A DNA stretch of 64,000 bases, taken from positions 39,556,001 through 39,620,000 of the forward strand of contig OX597840.1 of assembly GCA_951406725.2 (NCBI GenBank), given 5' to 3'. The translations under genes were made by a program, and so were the position numbers. Under the pieces are notes generated by a model that saw nothing but the letters and a program-made list of their open reading frames with translations, searched no databases and was not told where the DNA came from. Each line of letters begins with the position of its first letter. Positions within the stretch are counted from its first letter, which is position 1. This document shows, in pieces, positions 13,356-28,486 of the stretch. The stretch comes from Octopus vulgaris. Lineage: Eukaryota.

Positions 13356-13646
13356 TGTAATGTTTGTTTATGTGGTCGTATAAGTGTATGCATAAGTCCT
13401 TTGATATACGCTGTGGCAAAAATGTAAAAGAAGGCTTTTCCTGCGCCCATATAAGCGTTACTGAGAGTTGGAAAAGCAAACAGAAATGGTTAAAAGAACA
13501 AATAATTGTACATTTATTGGTGATAAACTAGCAAATGGCAAGTAAACATAAATGGAAATATATCAATCGCTGTTTGACGGTGGTTTATGCTTTTATTTGA
13601 AATGTTTACGAGGTTTATTTGAAAATTCATATGATGTCAATGCACT

Positions 13647-13693
<47 letters not shown>

Positions 13694-14685
13694 TCGCAGA
13701 GAGCAAGACAGAGAGACAGAGAGACAGAGACAGAGATAGACAGACAGAGACAGGGAGAGATAGGCAAAGAGACAGACGGCCTGTCAGACAGAGAGAGAGA
13801 AACATACAGAGACAATGAGTCAGACAGACAGACCAATAGAAAGGCAGAGACAGTCAAAATGAGAGAGAGATATAGAGAGGGAGAGAGACAGGGATAGAGG
13901 CAGAGAGAGAGAGACGTGTATGCCCTACATATGTTCATGAGTAAATTTTGTGTGCTTTGTGCTTCTATTTGTCTACCATACATTCCGTATAGACGGGTAA
14001 ACGTTGGACAACTTTTTTTTTCGAAACATTTTGAAATTAAGACAAACGTTATACTATTAGATAGCTTAGTCACACAAATATAATTTATAAATGCCAAGAA
14101 TCCCATAAAGAACGCTTATTCATGCATTCACTAATCAAAGGTACAAAATGGAAAAGGAAAAAAACTACATCAAAGATTACTCATTACGCTAAATACAGCG
14201 AAAACTCATAAATTTTAATTAACGTTATTTAAAACAAGATGTCCGCTAACTTTCGTCGTTCAAGCGGTGTTTGTTGTTTGCTTGCGTCACTCGCTACAGC
14301 TGCGTGTTCCATTTAAGGTAATTACATCTAACGATTAAAATCAAAGGTTTCTGTGTAACCTATAAATTTGAACACCTTTATAGTATTGGCGAAGGAAATC
14401 TTGTTGACTCTTTTGTCAAAAACATCGTTGCATTGTCAAAATGGTAAATATTTAATTGAAAAAGAAATTCACCTAAAACAGACAAAAAAAGAAGAAAAAA
14501 AACGTAATGGCTGCTTAAATTAAAAATCTCATACTTTTTTCTTCTGTCTGTCTGTTTGTCTGTCTTTTTCCGACTCCAAATCTCTCTCCGTATTTCTTAG
14601 TCTCTATACACACACACACACACACACAAATTCATGACCAAACTCATATACAAACACATACACGCGTGCATCCACAATAACACTA

Positions 14686-14814
<129 letters not shown>

Positions 14815-15874
14815 CATATATATATACATGACCATTGAATTTAATATTGAGAAAATTTTAATTTTTTATCAAAAATTTAATTGCAAATCTGCAAACAAGG
14901 GTTTGACTTTCTGTGTGTTTTCTTAATATTCATTTAATGAAAATCGAGCGATCATTTGCCCTATACTAGAAACAAAAGCATGACCGACAAAATAATCTTT
15001 CTTTTCTTTTTTCGTTCTCTCTCTCTTTTTTTCTCTCGCTCTTCTCCTCTCGTTCTCTTTCTCTCTTTGTTTTTCCTCTATCCCTTGTTCATTATCGTGT
15101 CCACGAATGACTCTGAGAGGAGATCAAACAAATTAATGCGAAATGCGAGGCTAAATATGTTCTGTGAAAAAGCCATTCTTCTCTTAGTGTTAACTAGTTG
15201 AAAGGGCGTTACGCTTCGAATTTCTTCCTTCTGTTAAGGTTTTATACAAAGTACCTGTAATACAGCAGAGATTAAATACCGACGGAAATTATACAGGGAA
15301 TGACTTCCTCATAAAAATATAGGGATACCATAGTTAATTCATCTGGGGTTGAAAGTATCTTTATGAGTGAGTCTAACAAGGAATGCTTTAATTTTCGAAG
15401 TAGGCTCTCGTAAAAGTTGTATTACTGCAGAGAGTAATAGAATTATGTAAGTGACCAACCAGGCGGCGGAAGAACGATTAGGCTTTTAGCTACTTCATAA
15501 TAGAGTAAACCAGGACCATTAAGAAGTAAATCAAATCGGAATGTCATGCGTTTTATGTGTTGTGAAATAAGTAGTTTTTTTGGGTTTTGGGGTTTTTGTT
15601 TTTGGTTTTCTCCCAATAAACGAACGCTTGATTGAGTCACTTGCACAAGAAAATAACTGCGCAATACGGGAACATTTGTATTGTATTTGTGTGAATGAGA
15701 GAAAGTCTGTTTATGTGTGTGTGTGTGTGTGAGTGTGTGTGTGCGTGGATGTGTGTGTGTGTTGTGTATGTTTATATGTGTGTGTGTTTATTTGTATGCC
15801 TGTGTTTGTGCGTGGATATGTGTGTGCATGTATGTGTGTGTGTGAGTGTGTGAATATTTCTGTGTGTGTGTGTG

Positions 15875-15916
<42 letters not shown>

Positions 15917-16591
15917 ATGTGTGTGTGTGTGTACTGCTGACGTTGATCCTTGTGAATCCATCGGGAAGAATTGTTTTCGATGGTCATGACAAGTTAATAA
16001 CAATAGACTAATCATTCGTTTTAAATACAAAACTGCTAACACCCAACTACTTTTGATTCTAATTTCGATTATGATAATTTAATATTTAAATTTCATTTAT
16101 TTCTGTGCGAGATATTTCTGTCGTCCCTTGGGATAAATTCGTAGCAGCAAAGTGCAGATATATAAGGATGTACAAAGGCATTGAGGATAGATAGTATAGA
16201 CGCACAGTTGTTATTCTGACACTAGATTGCAAATGGATAATTGCACCAAATTCGCATAATTTGAAAATAGGGGAAAGCTATGATATGGCTTTGTGTATGT
16301 TTCCCAATTCAGTTACAAGAAGATGAACCCGTCAAGTGAATTATAAGAAATCCAATGAACTTTAAATACTGTTTCACGACACAAATCTTGCAGCAGAAGC
16401 GAATGAGGGAATATTCTTTTTTCGATGCAGCACGATGTAGCACGAAGCTTTGTCAGTGGACAGGTCGTGGTCTCAAAGCGACGAAAATATTTTGACAAAT
16501 TAAATATAAATGTTGAAGTGAATCTAACGGTTTTGCGTGTTTCTTAAATGGCTTACAAACACCTTCCACGCTGCAATTGTTTTCGTTCCAG

Positions 16592-16712
16592 CACACGATC
16601 TCAGATCAAGTCACTTGCTATGCAAGTACATCTCCGTAAATCTTTTTTCGATGTAATATTAGAACGAGACAGAAATGCTTCGAGCAGTCCAAGAGGGAGC
16701 GAAACGGAGCTG
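16592..16712 (+). CDS. Candidate exon of unknown product
   Basis: ttgttttcgttccag acceptor, CTG|gtaagt donor, one open frame (TRSQIKSLAMQVHLRKSFFDVILERDRNASSSPRGSETEL); no recognised homology. Confidence 0.15.
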
Positions 16713-16999
16713 GTAAGTATTTACACATTGCCTACCTGCAAGAATTTTTTATTCTCCACGGCAAATTGTAATGATATTCAAATTTGTCAGAAAGTTAAAA
16801 TATTATATCAGAGATATCTGTGAACTAAACTAAAGTCCGTGTGTGTGTGTGGGGGGGGCGTATTTGTTTGTATTTCCATCGCCCAAATCGACTCTCAAGT
16901 CCTTCGTCGGCCTGAAACTATAGTAGAAGACATTTGCCACTAGGTTGGGAACGAAGATTTTTTACCATGTTGCCACGCCTGGGCCTATATATATTCATG

Positions 17000-17540
17000 T
17001 GTGTGTGTGTTCGTGTGTGTGTGTGTCTGACTATATGTGTGTGCTAGCGATGTGTGTGTGTGTGTATGTGTGCAGGGGATGTGTGTGTATGTGCAGGAGA
17101 TGTGTGTGTGTGTGCACGCGATATGTGTGTGTATGTGTGTGTGTGTATGTGTCTGTGTCTATGTCTATATGTGTGTTGTGTGCAGGCGATGCATGTGTGT
17201 AGGTGTCCACTAGATGCGTGTGTGTGTGTGTGCACGCGATGCATGAGTGTGTGTCTATATGTATGTGTATCTGATTCTATGTCTATATGTGTGTGTGTGT
17301 GCACGCGATGCGTGTGTGTGTGTGTGTGTGCACGCGATGCGTGTGTGTGTGTGCACGTGATGCATGTGCGTGTGTGTATATGTATGTGTGTTTGTTTCTA
17401 TGTCTATATGTGTATGTGTGTGTGTGTGTGTGCACGAGATGCGTGTGTGTGTGTGCACGCGTTGCATGTGTGTGTGTCTATATGTATGTGTGTCTGTGCC
17501 TATGTGTGTGTGCCTGGGTGCGCACGCGATGCGTGTGTGT
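17000..17540. repeat. (TG)n tract with recurring gcacgcgatgc motif
   Basis: Motif and variants recur about 9 times. Confidence 0.85.
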
Positions 17541-18060
17541 ATTCCGTGAAGCCTTCAACGATACAATTACCTGCTCAGATGTAATCCGTATTTCCCGTTA
17601 CGGGAGGAATAGCAGAACAAAACCCCGAAGCTATAAAACTTAATTTACTTACATTACATCGCAACGATACCAAACTGTAAACCTTCAACGGAATAACAGT
17701 GATTTGTTCCAAGGATTTATCCAAAATCTCACATATAAAAGAAATCTATTGTCCAAAACTCAATTGAGAATGTTGACGACGTACTAAAGAGACTGCGATC
17801 TTATTTGTTTGGCATATTCAGAATATATGTTGTATAATAATTGTTCTGGGACCGAAACACCGAAAGGGAAAACTGCCGAGGCAAGCACCGCAAAATGGTT
17901 AACAATGAGAATTGGCTTCTCTCCAAACTGGAGACTTTTCGACACAATATTTGGCCTGTGTCGGTTTTAATTTATCATATATTTTTTTCTTTCATCGATT
18001 TTTGTTTTAAATGTTATTTGCTATCTAATATTTTGAAGAGCGAACGAAGATAAATATATG

Positions 18061-18097
<37 letters not shown>

Positions 18098-18108
18098 ATG
18101 TGTGTATG

Positions 18109-18176
<68 letters not shown>

Positions 18177-18238
18177 ATGCTGGTTGTAAATAATCTGATA
18201 TTCGATATTTCCCCCCACAAATAATAGCAACAACAAAA

Positions 18239-18239
<1 letters not shown>

Positions 18240-18305
<66 letters not shown>

Positions 18306-18639
18306 TTGCTGCTACTAGTACTACTAGTACTGCTAGTAATAATAACAGCATTTCTTTATCCCCACAAATAACAAATAGTACTACTACTGCTACTACTACT
18401 ACTACTACAATAATAAGAACAACATTTTTTTATCTCCACAAATAACAACAACTACTACTACTACTGCCTCTACTTCTACTGCTACTACTATTACAACAAT
18501 AATGATAACAGCATTTCTTTATTGACCACAAGTCTGCAAAAATAAGAGCGATAGAAAGAGAACGAACATTTGCGATTGACATAGCAGCGAGTAAACAGAA
18601 ATAATTGTAATAACAATAATAATAATAATAATAATAATA

Positions 18640-18686
<47 letters not shown>

Positions 18687-18745
18687 TATTATTATTGTTG
18701 TTGTTGTTGTTTTTGTTGTTGTTGTTATTTATTATTATTTTGATA
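18240..18745. repeat. (CTA)n/(CTG)n/(TAA)n/(TTA)n tracts
   Basis: Directly visible. Confidence 0.9.
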
Positions 18746-19429
18746 ATTTTATCATTGTACAACATGAAAATAGGTTATATGATATATATTTTTTGTAATA
18801 TAATTGATTATTTTTTAAATTTGAAATTGTGACACTGAGCAAATGATGTACCATTACACAGTATGGTTTCTCTCATTTCCTATAAACAAACTTCCAATAA
18901 ACAAAGGGCTTCGTATTGATGATGTAGTTACCACATTTATAGGTTTACAATATCAGATCAAATCGCAATAACACGAACTCAGCACCTAACGTACACCTAT
19001 CCCCACTCCGCAGACATGTATCGTTTACAGACCCACTTCATCCCCCGGGCAAGTGGTTAGTCCCTCCAGACACCACAATAGACGTAACGATCGCGCCGCT
19101 AAAATTGTGTCTGAACTGACTCCCAGGTTCATTTCTTGATCCGCCAAACATGTGCTTTCTAGAATTATCTAATCTCTCATATTTTCCTTTTAGTGATATT
19201 TTATATCCTACACCCGTTCCATTATGTATTCAAGGAAATAACTTCACCGTGATTAGTGACCCAGTGTAGGCCATACAGCAGCATCTATCTCTGCATTAAA
19301 GCATTAGAAGAAATGAATTTTACGCATTTTACCAATCATTCTAACAGTTCTTCGAACATTTGAACTTAGCAATTCCTCTGATATGTGCCAGATCATCTCA
19401 AGTTGTGAGCAGTGCAGTTAAATATATAA

Positions 19430-19540
<111 letters not shown>

Positions 19541-19554
19541 TGTGTGTGTGTATT

Positions 19555-19770
19555 TGTGTGTGTCTGTTTTTGTTTGTCCCCCAACATCTCTTGCCAATCG
19601 ATGCAGGTGTGTTTAGGTCCCCGTAACTTAGCGGTTCGGCTAAAGTGGATGATAGACTAAGTAATAGGCTGAAAAAGAATAAGTCTTCGTTGTAGATGTC
19701 TTCGAGTAACACATTTTAAGGCGGTGCTCCAGCAAGGCCGCAAACAAATGGCTGAAAGAAGTAAAAAAAG
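19555..19770 (+). mobile_element. SINE-C 3' half following (TA)n(TG)n
   Basis: tttgtccccc...ccccgtaacttagcggttcggc...aaggcggtgctccagcaaggccgca...agtaaaa. Confidence 0.8.
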
Positions 19771-20289
19771 AAGAGAAAAAAATACAGTCACCAGCAGAAT
19801 GTTTTTATATGTCCCACGTTATTTTGCTTCAACTACAAGAAGTGTAGAAATGGTAGAGAATGGAAGCTATTTCAGAATAAACCAAGGTAGAATGGAATTA
19901 CCGAAATGAAGAACATAATGCAAGAACCACTAAACATGGAATCCGCAACAACGCCATTCCTTGTGAAATTACCAATCACAGTTCAATGTGAAGTAGTTAA
20001 TAGGATACGCGGTATATGTGTGAGTGTGTGTGGGTGTATGTGCGTGTGTAGTAGTGTATCAGTGTGCGCGTTTATATATATATATACACACACACAAATA
20101 TAAGCACATGTATATACATGACCAAGATCATCCAAATTTATTATATATGCACACACATGCACACACACACACATATACATAGCTACAAATATGTATATAT
20201 ATATATATATATATACATGCATGCATATGCAAGAACATAGACACACATATACATGTAGTTACACATACCTATACATGTACGCACGCTTA

Positions 20290-20358
20290 CATATATAAAT
20301 ATATATATACGTTTATATTATATATATATATGTGAATAAATATTTATACATACATATA

Positions 20359-20393
<35 letters not shown>

Positions 20394-20466
20394 GTATATA
20401 TGTATATAAATATAGTTATATATATACATACATGTATATATGTATATATATGTATGTATATATTTT

Positions 20467-20530
<64 letters not shown>

Positions 20531-20629
20531 TGTATATTTGTATATATATATATATATATATATAGTTATATATATACATACAAGCACACACATATATTAT
20601 CAGGTTACAAGAGAAACGTTATAAACCCG

Positions 20630-20690
<61 letters not shown>

Positions 20691-20703
20691 TATATACATA
20701 TCA

Positions 20704-20749
<46 letters not shown>

Positions 20750-20762
20750 GTATATATATATG

Positions 20763-20793
<31 letters not shown>

Positions 20794-20808
20794 GTATATA
20801 TATATGTA

Positions 20809-20860
<52 letters not shown>
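20290..20860. repeat. (TA)n/(TATG) microsatellite
   Basis: Directly visible. Confidence 0.95.
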
Positions 20861-20863
<3 letters not shown>

Positions 20864-21515
20864 AATGGGTTTTCAATAGGTACCTCAACAAAAGCTAACA
20901 CACAATCTTCCGTTGTTCATCGTATAATTTACATTTATCATTTCGCCACATCTAAAGTCTTGGATCAGCAGAATGGACCTACGTAATTCGAGTATTAAAC
21001 ACTGCTTCGTGTAGCGTTATTTCTTTCTTTCATATTGGTAAAGTAGGAAAAAGCTGAATGGTTTAAACTATATCCATCTCTACTCTAAAGAAAAACGCTT
21101 TGTGTATCTATTACATGAAATGTTTTCTATTTGATCCTGTTTAGTATATAAACTCGTTTGCAATAGCTGCTTTCATTTACGAGGGATCCTTTGAAAGGCT
21201 TCGTGCTTCTTATTGGTTTTTCACAGAATATTCTGCTTACGTTCCGTGAATCTGACAAAGAGGATCACTGAAGTAAGGAAAATATCTAAATGCAGGTATT
21301 TACAACTAAATACAAATAATCGTTCGCTGAAGAATTATGTAGCTAACACCATATTGAATATGTTGCATTAGAAATGTAATTTCACGAAGCAGATGTTGAT
21401 TCTGGGTATTATGTTTGTTGCGTTTTTATTCTCTAAATAAAACAAAATGAAGAGAGTGTTTGCGAAAATATGAACTCGCCTGAAAATATCATCAGAACAA
21501 CATTCATGATATTTT

Positions 21516-22242
21516 ATATTCTCTTCTACTCTGGGCACAAGGCCCGGAATTTTGTTTTTGGAGAGGGAGCCAGTCGATCAGATCGGCCCCAGTATGCAAC
21601 TGGTAATTAATTCATAGGCCCCGAAAGGATGAAATGTTAAGTCAGCCTCGACGGAATTTGAACTCAGAACGTAAAGACAGGCGGAATACTGCTATGCATT
21701 TCGCCCAGCGTACTAACATTTCTTATTTCTTTACTACCCACAAGGGGCTAAACATAGAGGGGACAAACAAGGACAGACAGAGGAACTAAGTCGATTACAT
21801 CAACCTCAGTGCGTAACTGGTACTTAGTTTATCGACCCTGAAAGTATGAAAGGCAAAGTCAACTTCGGCGGAATTTGAACTCAGAACGTAACGGCAGACG
21901 AATTACCCATTTCTTTACTACCCACAAGGGGCTAAACACAGAGGGGACAAACAAGGACAGACAGAGGGACTAAATCGATTACATCAACCCCAGTGCGTTA
22001 CTGCTACTTAGTTTATCGACCCTGAAAGTATGAAAGGCAAAGTCGACCTCGGCGGAATTTGAAATCAGAACGTTAAAACAGACGAAATACCTATTTCTTT
22101 ACTACTCACAAGGGGCTAAACACAGAGGGGACAAACAAGGACAAACAAACGGATTAAGTCGATTACATCGACCCCAGTGCGTAACTGGTACTGAAGCCAG
22201 AACCATGTCTCTGGTAAGTAAGCTACTTACCACACGGCCACT
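21516..22242 (-). mobile_element. SINE-A array (old unit plus 2.5 young units) joined to a SINE-C head
   Basis: Starts 21724, 21908, 22092; after ...aactggtact comes gaagccagaaccatg...gctacttaccacacggccact (SINE-C head). Confidence 0.85.
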
Positions 22243-23109
22243 TTATATATCTATATATAAACACACACACAGACAGTGAAAGAATTTTTTTTTTCTTTCG
22301 TAAGGCGGCGTGGCTGGTAGAATCTTTTAGATCCCGAGGAGGAATGCTTTGCATCATTTCGTTCATTCTTGCGTTTTGTGTTCAAATGCTGCTGATGTCA
22401 ACTTTGACTTTCATCTTTTCGGATAAAAAGAAAAGAATCGTGAGTGAAGGAGGGATTATTCTGTTGCAGATTGTCCTAGCTTAACTTTCGACCATATATC
22501 ACATGCCAACATGTCACCCTGAACTATATAGCGTGCAGCGTAACAGTTTCGATATGATGCGCTCTCTTCACCATCTTGAAAAAGTTTATACGTTAAGTTC
22601 TCCTCTTCAAAGGAGAAGTGCTAGGCTGGATGCTATTGGAGCGTAATGGGCGGTGTTCTTTTGTTTTATGAATCAACGAAGAAATCTGAACTTGATTAAA
22701 CGAAGACGTAACTGTAGAAGACAATGAAGAGGAATCGATGAGGATCAAAAGATTCTACAGTATCCTCGCAGGAATTGTACAGGAGACAGGTTTATTCCAC
22801 CAAAAGCAACATTACCCGTAATACACTAATGTAGACAAACCACTAACACCGCTACTACTGCTGTTTCTGCTGTTGTCGTTGTATTGTTGTTGTTCTTGTT
22901 AAGCAACAAGACGGGTAAGGGTGATTAGGTGATGGTCTAGAGCTTAGGGGCAGGAGACCCCAGACCTTGAAAAAAAAAGAAAAAAAATCTTTGGTCGTCT
23001 TGTTGTAGTCGAGGGCTCTTCGTTGACACCCGACACCATTGGGAGGTGGCCCTCGAAGTCGCTGGAAATGGAGATCTCCAGGTCCAAATAATTGAATGGC
23101 TGCTGTTGC

Positions 23110-23270
23110 TGCTACTACTACTACTACTACTACTACTACTAGTATTGCCAGTAGTAGTAGTAGTATTAGTAGCAGTAGTAGCATAAGCACAACGGTAGAG
23201 TTAGTAATTGTAGCAATAATATTAGCATACGTAATAGCGGAAGCAGCAGCAGCACCGTTTGTAGTAAGAC

Positions 23271-23306
<36 letters not shown>

Positions 23307-23307
23307 C

Positions 23308-23345
<38 letters not shown>

Positions 23346-23431
23346 GGGTAGTAACATCTGCGGTATCAGCAGTAGTACTCTACTAGTATTAGTAGTAGTA
23401 GCAGGACCGGTAGTAGTAAGACTAATAGTAA

Positions 23432-23462
<31 letters not shown>
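23110..23462. repeat. (CTA)n/(TAG)n trinucleotide tract
   Basis: Directly visible. Confidence 0.9.
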
Positions 23463-23467
<5 letters not shown>

Positions 23468-23933
23468 CAGCTGCTCAAGCAGCAACGGATGCCGTGGTGG
23501 CGGCGACAGTGGTTTGTCTTGGCGATGGCAATTATAATTAATTTGTTTAATCATCGCCTCCTAATGACATTGCGTTAATCTAGAGTCTTGAAGTGGCATG
23601 AGAAATGGAAGATTCGGAAAATTTCCATTTTTGATAAGACCCGTTCGGTTCTGCTCAATATCATTCGTTCATTCTTAATGTTTCAAGTTTGTAACAGTTC
23701 GTAAATTGATTATCTCGCGATTTATGGCCGCGGGACATGTCGCTTCCCGGCGTTTTCCGTTCGGATCGTTAAAAGTTTTGGAATTATAGATGATGGAAGA
23801 ATCGATAAGATATCTATCACGCTATCAGCTAAAGGGGCGTCGGTTCGCACTCTGTCACCGAGACCACGTCGATAATTGAAGAGCGCATAAATCCGTTATG
23901 GTAGATAGACAGATAGTTCGTATCACAGTCATG

Positions 23934-24004
<71 letters not shown>

Positions 24005-24032
24005 ATTATATATATATATATATATATGTCTG

Positions 24033-24084
<52 letters not shown>

Positions 24085-24128
24085 ATTATATATATATGTA
24101 TGTATATATATATATGTATATATGTATA

Positions 24129-24175
<47 letters not shown>

Positions 24176-24974
24176 ATATATGTATATGTATTTATATACA
24201 TATACATATATATACATATATATATACACACTAACACATATATATATATATATTTATATATAACACTACGTGACTGTTTATCAATCTATCAAATTATCTC
24301 TCTACATTATTCACTTCCTCGCACTGTGTGTGTACGTCCATATATATGTGTATGTGTGTGTGTGCGCGCGCGTGTGTGTGTATGTGTGTGTGCATGCATA
24401 TATATATTTACGCACACAGGTAGTACACACACATACACACATGCATATATGAATATAGTTTTAAAATTTGTTTTTCCGAGATTTCTTTTATGTATTTCAA
24501 TGTATAAACAAATGCAATCGAACGTTGGGACGGACATTTAGAGAACAAAATACACGCATGGTTTATATTTCACTTCTTTTTTTATTATTACTGGTGAAAT
24601 GATTAAATAAATAAACCGTTCTTTCTCTATCACTCGTTTATTCAATCACTCATTTGTTTCGGTAAATTCTGTCCCCCCCCCAGAGCGTGATTGATCGGTG
24701 CCGTCCCCTTATCGATTCCTTTGACTGCTACCTCTGCGACTCTAAGAAACTAATAATTCGATGCTTGCTTCGTTAGTCATTCTTAATAAATTTTGAATTG
24801 TGTTCTTTCAGGTGTGAGTTTTTTGTTGCGTGTATTCTGTGTTTCCCGACAGGTGTCAGTATGTTCTGTGTTTGTGTGTTGTGCGTAGCCATGTGCGGTT
24901 GTTTGGAGTTTGTTAATATGTCTCAGTGGTTACTGGCTCGTTAATCGTACCATTATGCAAATATTGATTCCAAT

Positions 24975-25598
24975 GTTTGGAACACAGCCACCAAGTTTGT
25001 GAGTGGGGAGGTAAATCGATCAAATTGACCCCTGAGTTCAACTGGTACTTATTTTATCGGCCCAGAAATGATGAAAGGCAAAGACAACCTCGGCAGAATT
25101 TGAAATCGGGACGTAAAGACGAACGAAATGTCGCTAATCATTGTGTCTCGCGTGCTAGCGATTCTGCCGGCTCACCGCCTTATTTCTTTACTGCCCACAA
25201 GGGACTACACACAGAGGGGACAAACAAGGAGAGACAAATGGATTAAGTCGATTACATCGACCCCAGTGCGTAACTGGTACTTATTTAATCGACCCCGAAA
25301 GGATGTAAGACAAAGTCGACCTCGGAGGAATTTGAACTCAGAACGTAGCGGTTGACGAAATACCTATTTCTTTATTACCTACAAGGGGCTAAACATAGAG
25401 GGGACAAACAAGGACAGACATAGGTATTAAGTCGATTACATCGACCCCAGTGCGGAACTGGTACTTATTTAATCGACCCCGAAAGGATGTAAGACAAAGT
25501 CGACCTCGGCGGAATTTGAACTCAGAACGTTATGGTTGACGAAATCCCGCTAGACATTTCGCCCGGCGTGCTAACCTTTCTGCCAGCTCGCCGCCTTA
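24975..25598 (-). mobile_element. SINE-A: old unit plus young dimer inside a 19-bp TSD
   Basis: Starts 25181, 25365; taccattatgcaaatattg (24948-24966) vs taccattatggaaatattg (25597-25615). Confidence 0.9.
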
Positions 25599-25674
25599 CC
25601 ATTATGGAAATATTGGACATTGGTTGTAAGTTCAAAGAAATGAAACCACTATCTCGTACCTGGTGATTATCTTT

Positions 25675-25882
25675 TTGTGTGATTTCTGTCCTTGTTTGTC
25701 CCCTCTGTGCTTAGCCCCTTGTGGGTAGTAAAGAAATATGTATTTCGTCTGCCGTTACGTTCTGAGTTCAAATTCCGCCCAGGTCGACTTTGGCTTCTCA
25801 TCATTTCGAGGTCGATAACTCAAGCACTAGTTGCGTACTGGGGTCGATCTAATTCCTGACCTTGTGCCTAGAGTAGAAAAAA
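25675..25882 (+). mobile_element. SINE-A young tail fragment joined at the standard junction to an old-tail unit
   Basis: gtagtaaagaaata|tgtatttcgtctgcc...ccttgtgcctagagtagaa. Confidence 0.85.
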
Positions 25883-26420
25883 ATATTTAAATCTAGATCC
25901 AGTCTGAGCTCCGGTCGACATAAAGCATCTAGTAGCTTCTCACTTGTTATCTGCACCAATTTTATTTAGAAGTGTGTTGTTCCAGAAATGGGATTAAACA
26001 ATGTCGTGTGAACTTCAAATTATTTACAGGTGACTTCCTTTGCTGAAAAACGTAATGAGGTGAGACTGAATGTAATATATCTGAGATATAAATATTAAAA
26101 TCATTTTGCATCTTTTAATATGAATCTAATTATTCTGAAAAATTAAATCTCGTTAATACCTCATTAACAACTACAGATATTTAGATATTTTATCTAATAT
26201 TCGGTACATTAATGCAGATCTAGAGATTTTCGGAAATAATATCAATGTCTATTAAAAGACCAATCGGAAAGTGATACGTACTTATTCAGTCGACCACTGA
26301 AGGACGAAAAACACGTTTTTCCCGCAGATGCTTCTGAGCTTAGTCCGTGGATTGTCATAATTAAGTACTTCAACGTTATTTAATCCAACTCATTAACGGC
26401 TTACTGATTAAGATATTCGG

Positions 26421-26610
26421 TGGAGGCGCAATGGCCCAGTGGTTAGGTCAGCGGGGTCGCAGACCGGACCGGGCGTTGTGTGTGTTTATTGAGCGAAAAC
26501 ACCTAAAAGCTCCACGAGGCTTCGGCAGGGGGTGGTGGCGACCCCTGGTGTACTCTATCGCCCCAACTTTCTCTCACTTTTTCTTGAGTAACGCTGCGAT
26601 CGACTGGCGC
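26421..26610 (+). mobile_element. SINE-D 5' part, internally deleted
   Basis: ggaggcgcaatggcccagtggttagg...gtgtttattgagcgaaaacacctaaaagctccacgagg matches 44232-44400. Confidence 0.8.
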
Positions 26611-26662
26611 TAAAAGTTTTGTCTGATATACTAACGATTTTTACCAGTTCACTGTCCTTATA

Positions 26663-27655
26663 TTTCCTTCAAAGTTAGACCCAAGACCCAAACACTTGGG
26701 GAATGGGCCTAGCCAATTACATCGACCCTAGTGATAAACTTCTCCTTATTTTATTGACCCGTAGAAGATATTGTCAATTTCGGCGGAATTCGAACTCAGG
26801 AAGTAAAATTACGAAATTAATGCCGCTAAACATGATATCCAGCGTGGTACCGTTTCTTATTTCTTTATTGCTCACAAGGGGCTAAACATAGAGGGAACAA
26901 ACAAGGACAGATAAAGGGATTACGTCGATTACATCGACCCCCCCGTGCGTAACTGATACTTATTTAATCGACCCCCCCGAAAGGATGAAAGGCAAAATCG
27001 ACCTCGGCGGAATTTGAACTCAGAACGTAACGGCAGACGAAATACCTATTTCTATACTACCCACAAGGGGTTAAACATAGAGGGGACAAACAAGGACAGA
27101 CAAACGGATTAAGTAGATTACATCGACCCCAGTGCGTAACTGGTACTTTATTTCTCAACCCCGAAAGGATGAAAGGCAAAGCCGACCTCGGCGGAATTTG
27201 AACACATAACGTAACGGCAGACGAAATACCTATTTCTTTACTACCTACAAGGGGTTAAACACAGAGAGGACAACCAAGAACAGATAAAGGGATTGAGTCG
27301 ATTATATCAACACCAGTTCGTAACTGCTACTTAATTTATCGAGGCCCCACCCTCCCGAAAGGATGAAAGGCAAAGTCTACCACGGTGGAATTTGAACTCA
27401 AAACGCAACAGCAGACGAAATACCTATTTCTTTACTACCACAAGGGGCTAAACACAGAGAAGACAACGAAGAACAGATAAAGGGATTGAGTCGATTATAT
27501 CGACCCCAGTACGTAACTGTTACTTAATTTGCCGACGCCACGAAATGATGAAAGGTAAAGTCGACCTCGGCGGAATTTGAACTCAGAACGTAACGGCAGA
27601 CGAAATACCGCTAAGCATTTCGACCGGCGTGGTACCGTTCCTGCCAGTTCGCCCA
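26663..27655 (-). mobile_element. SINE-A: old unit plus young tetramer
   Basis: Starts 26858, 27047, 27231, 27425; head at ~27605-27655. Confidence 0.9.
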
Positions 27656-28209
27656 CGTTCCTAAATAAGTTCAGAATAACTACGCATCAACTGCTTGTTT
27701 TATTTCGCAGAATGCAAAAGAAACACATTCTATGGAAACTTAGATCATTCACCGAAGCTGATTAAAATGATTTAAACATAAACATGTAGCATTGTGCTCT
27801 ACCTTTACATATATATATATACATGTATGTGTGTGAATATATGTATGCATGTATGTATGTGGGTATATTTGAATACGTTGTGTGTGTTTTGTTCGAAAGC
27901 CCACCCACCTGAATCAAATATTAATATCAGAAGCATTGTAGTTGAATACACAATAGTTATTTTAGCAGAAACTCGACTGAAGCCAACACTTTGTGTTAAT
28001 ATAATAGTTAATTTAATTTCATAATTTCACTCAAGGGAGAATATGGAAGAACATATGCAAAACTATAAATCTGATAAGAGACTTCGGCGCTTTTTCATTG
28101 GATGAAAAACGACTGTTGATTGGAAATTTTATCGAACGTGCAAGATGTAAAGAAGAATAATTAGATATTCGATTATGATTATTGGGATCATTATTATTGT
28201 TTTTGCTCA

Positions 28210-28257
28210 CTGTTATCATCATCATCATCGTCGTCGTCATCACCATCATCGTCATCG

Positions 28258-28288
<31 letters not shown>

Positions 28289-28454
28289 TTTCATCATCCT
28301 CATCACCACCATCATATTCATCACCACCAACATCATCATCACCATCATCGTCACCATCATCACCGTCATCACCACCGCTATCATCATCATCATCACCATC
28401 ATCGTCATCGTCATCATCATCACCATCATCATCATCACCATCATCATCACCATC

Positions 28455-28486
<32 letters not shown>

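Noticed and set aside
17571-17630. Minus 60-nt exon FGVLFCYSSRNGKYGLHLS
   Set aside because: Weak polypyrimidine tract and no homology; expected by chance in 64 kb.
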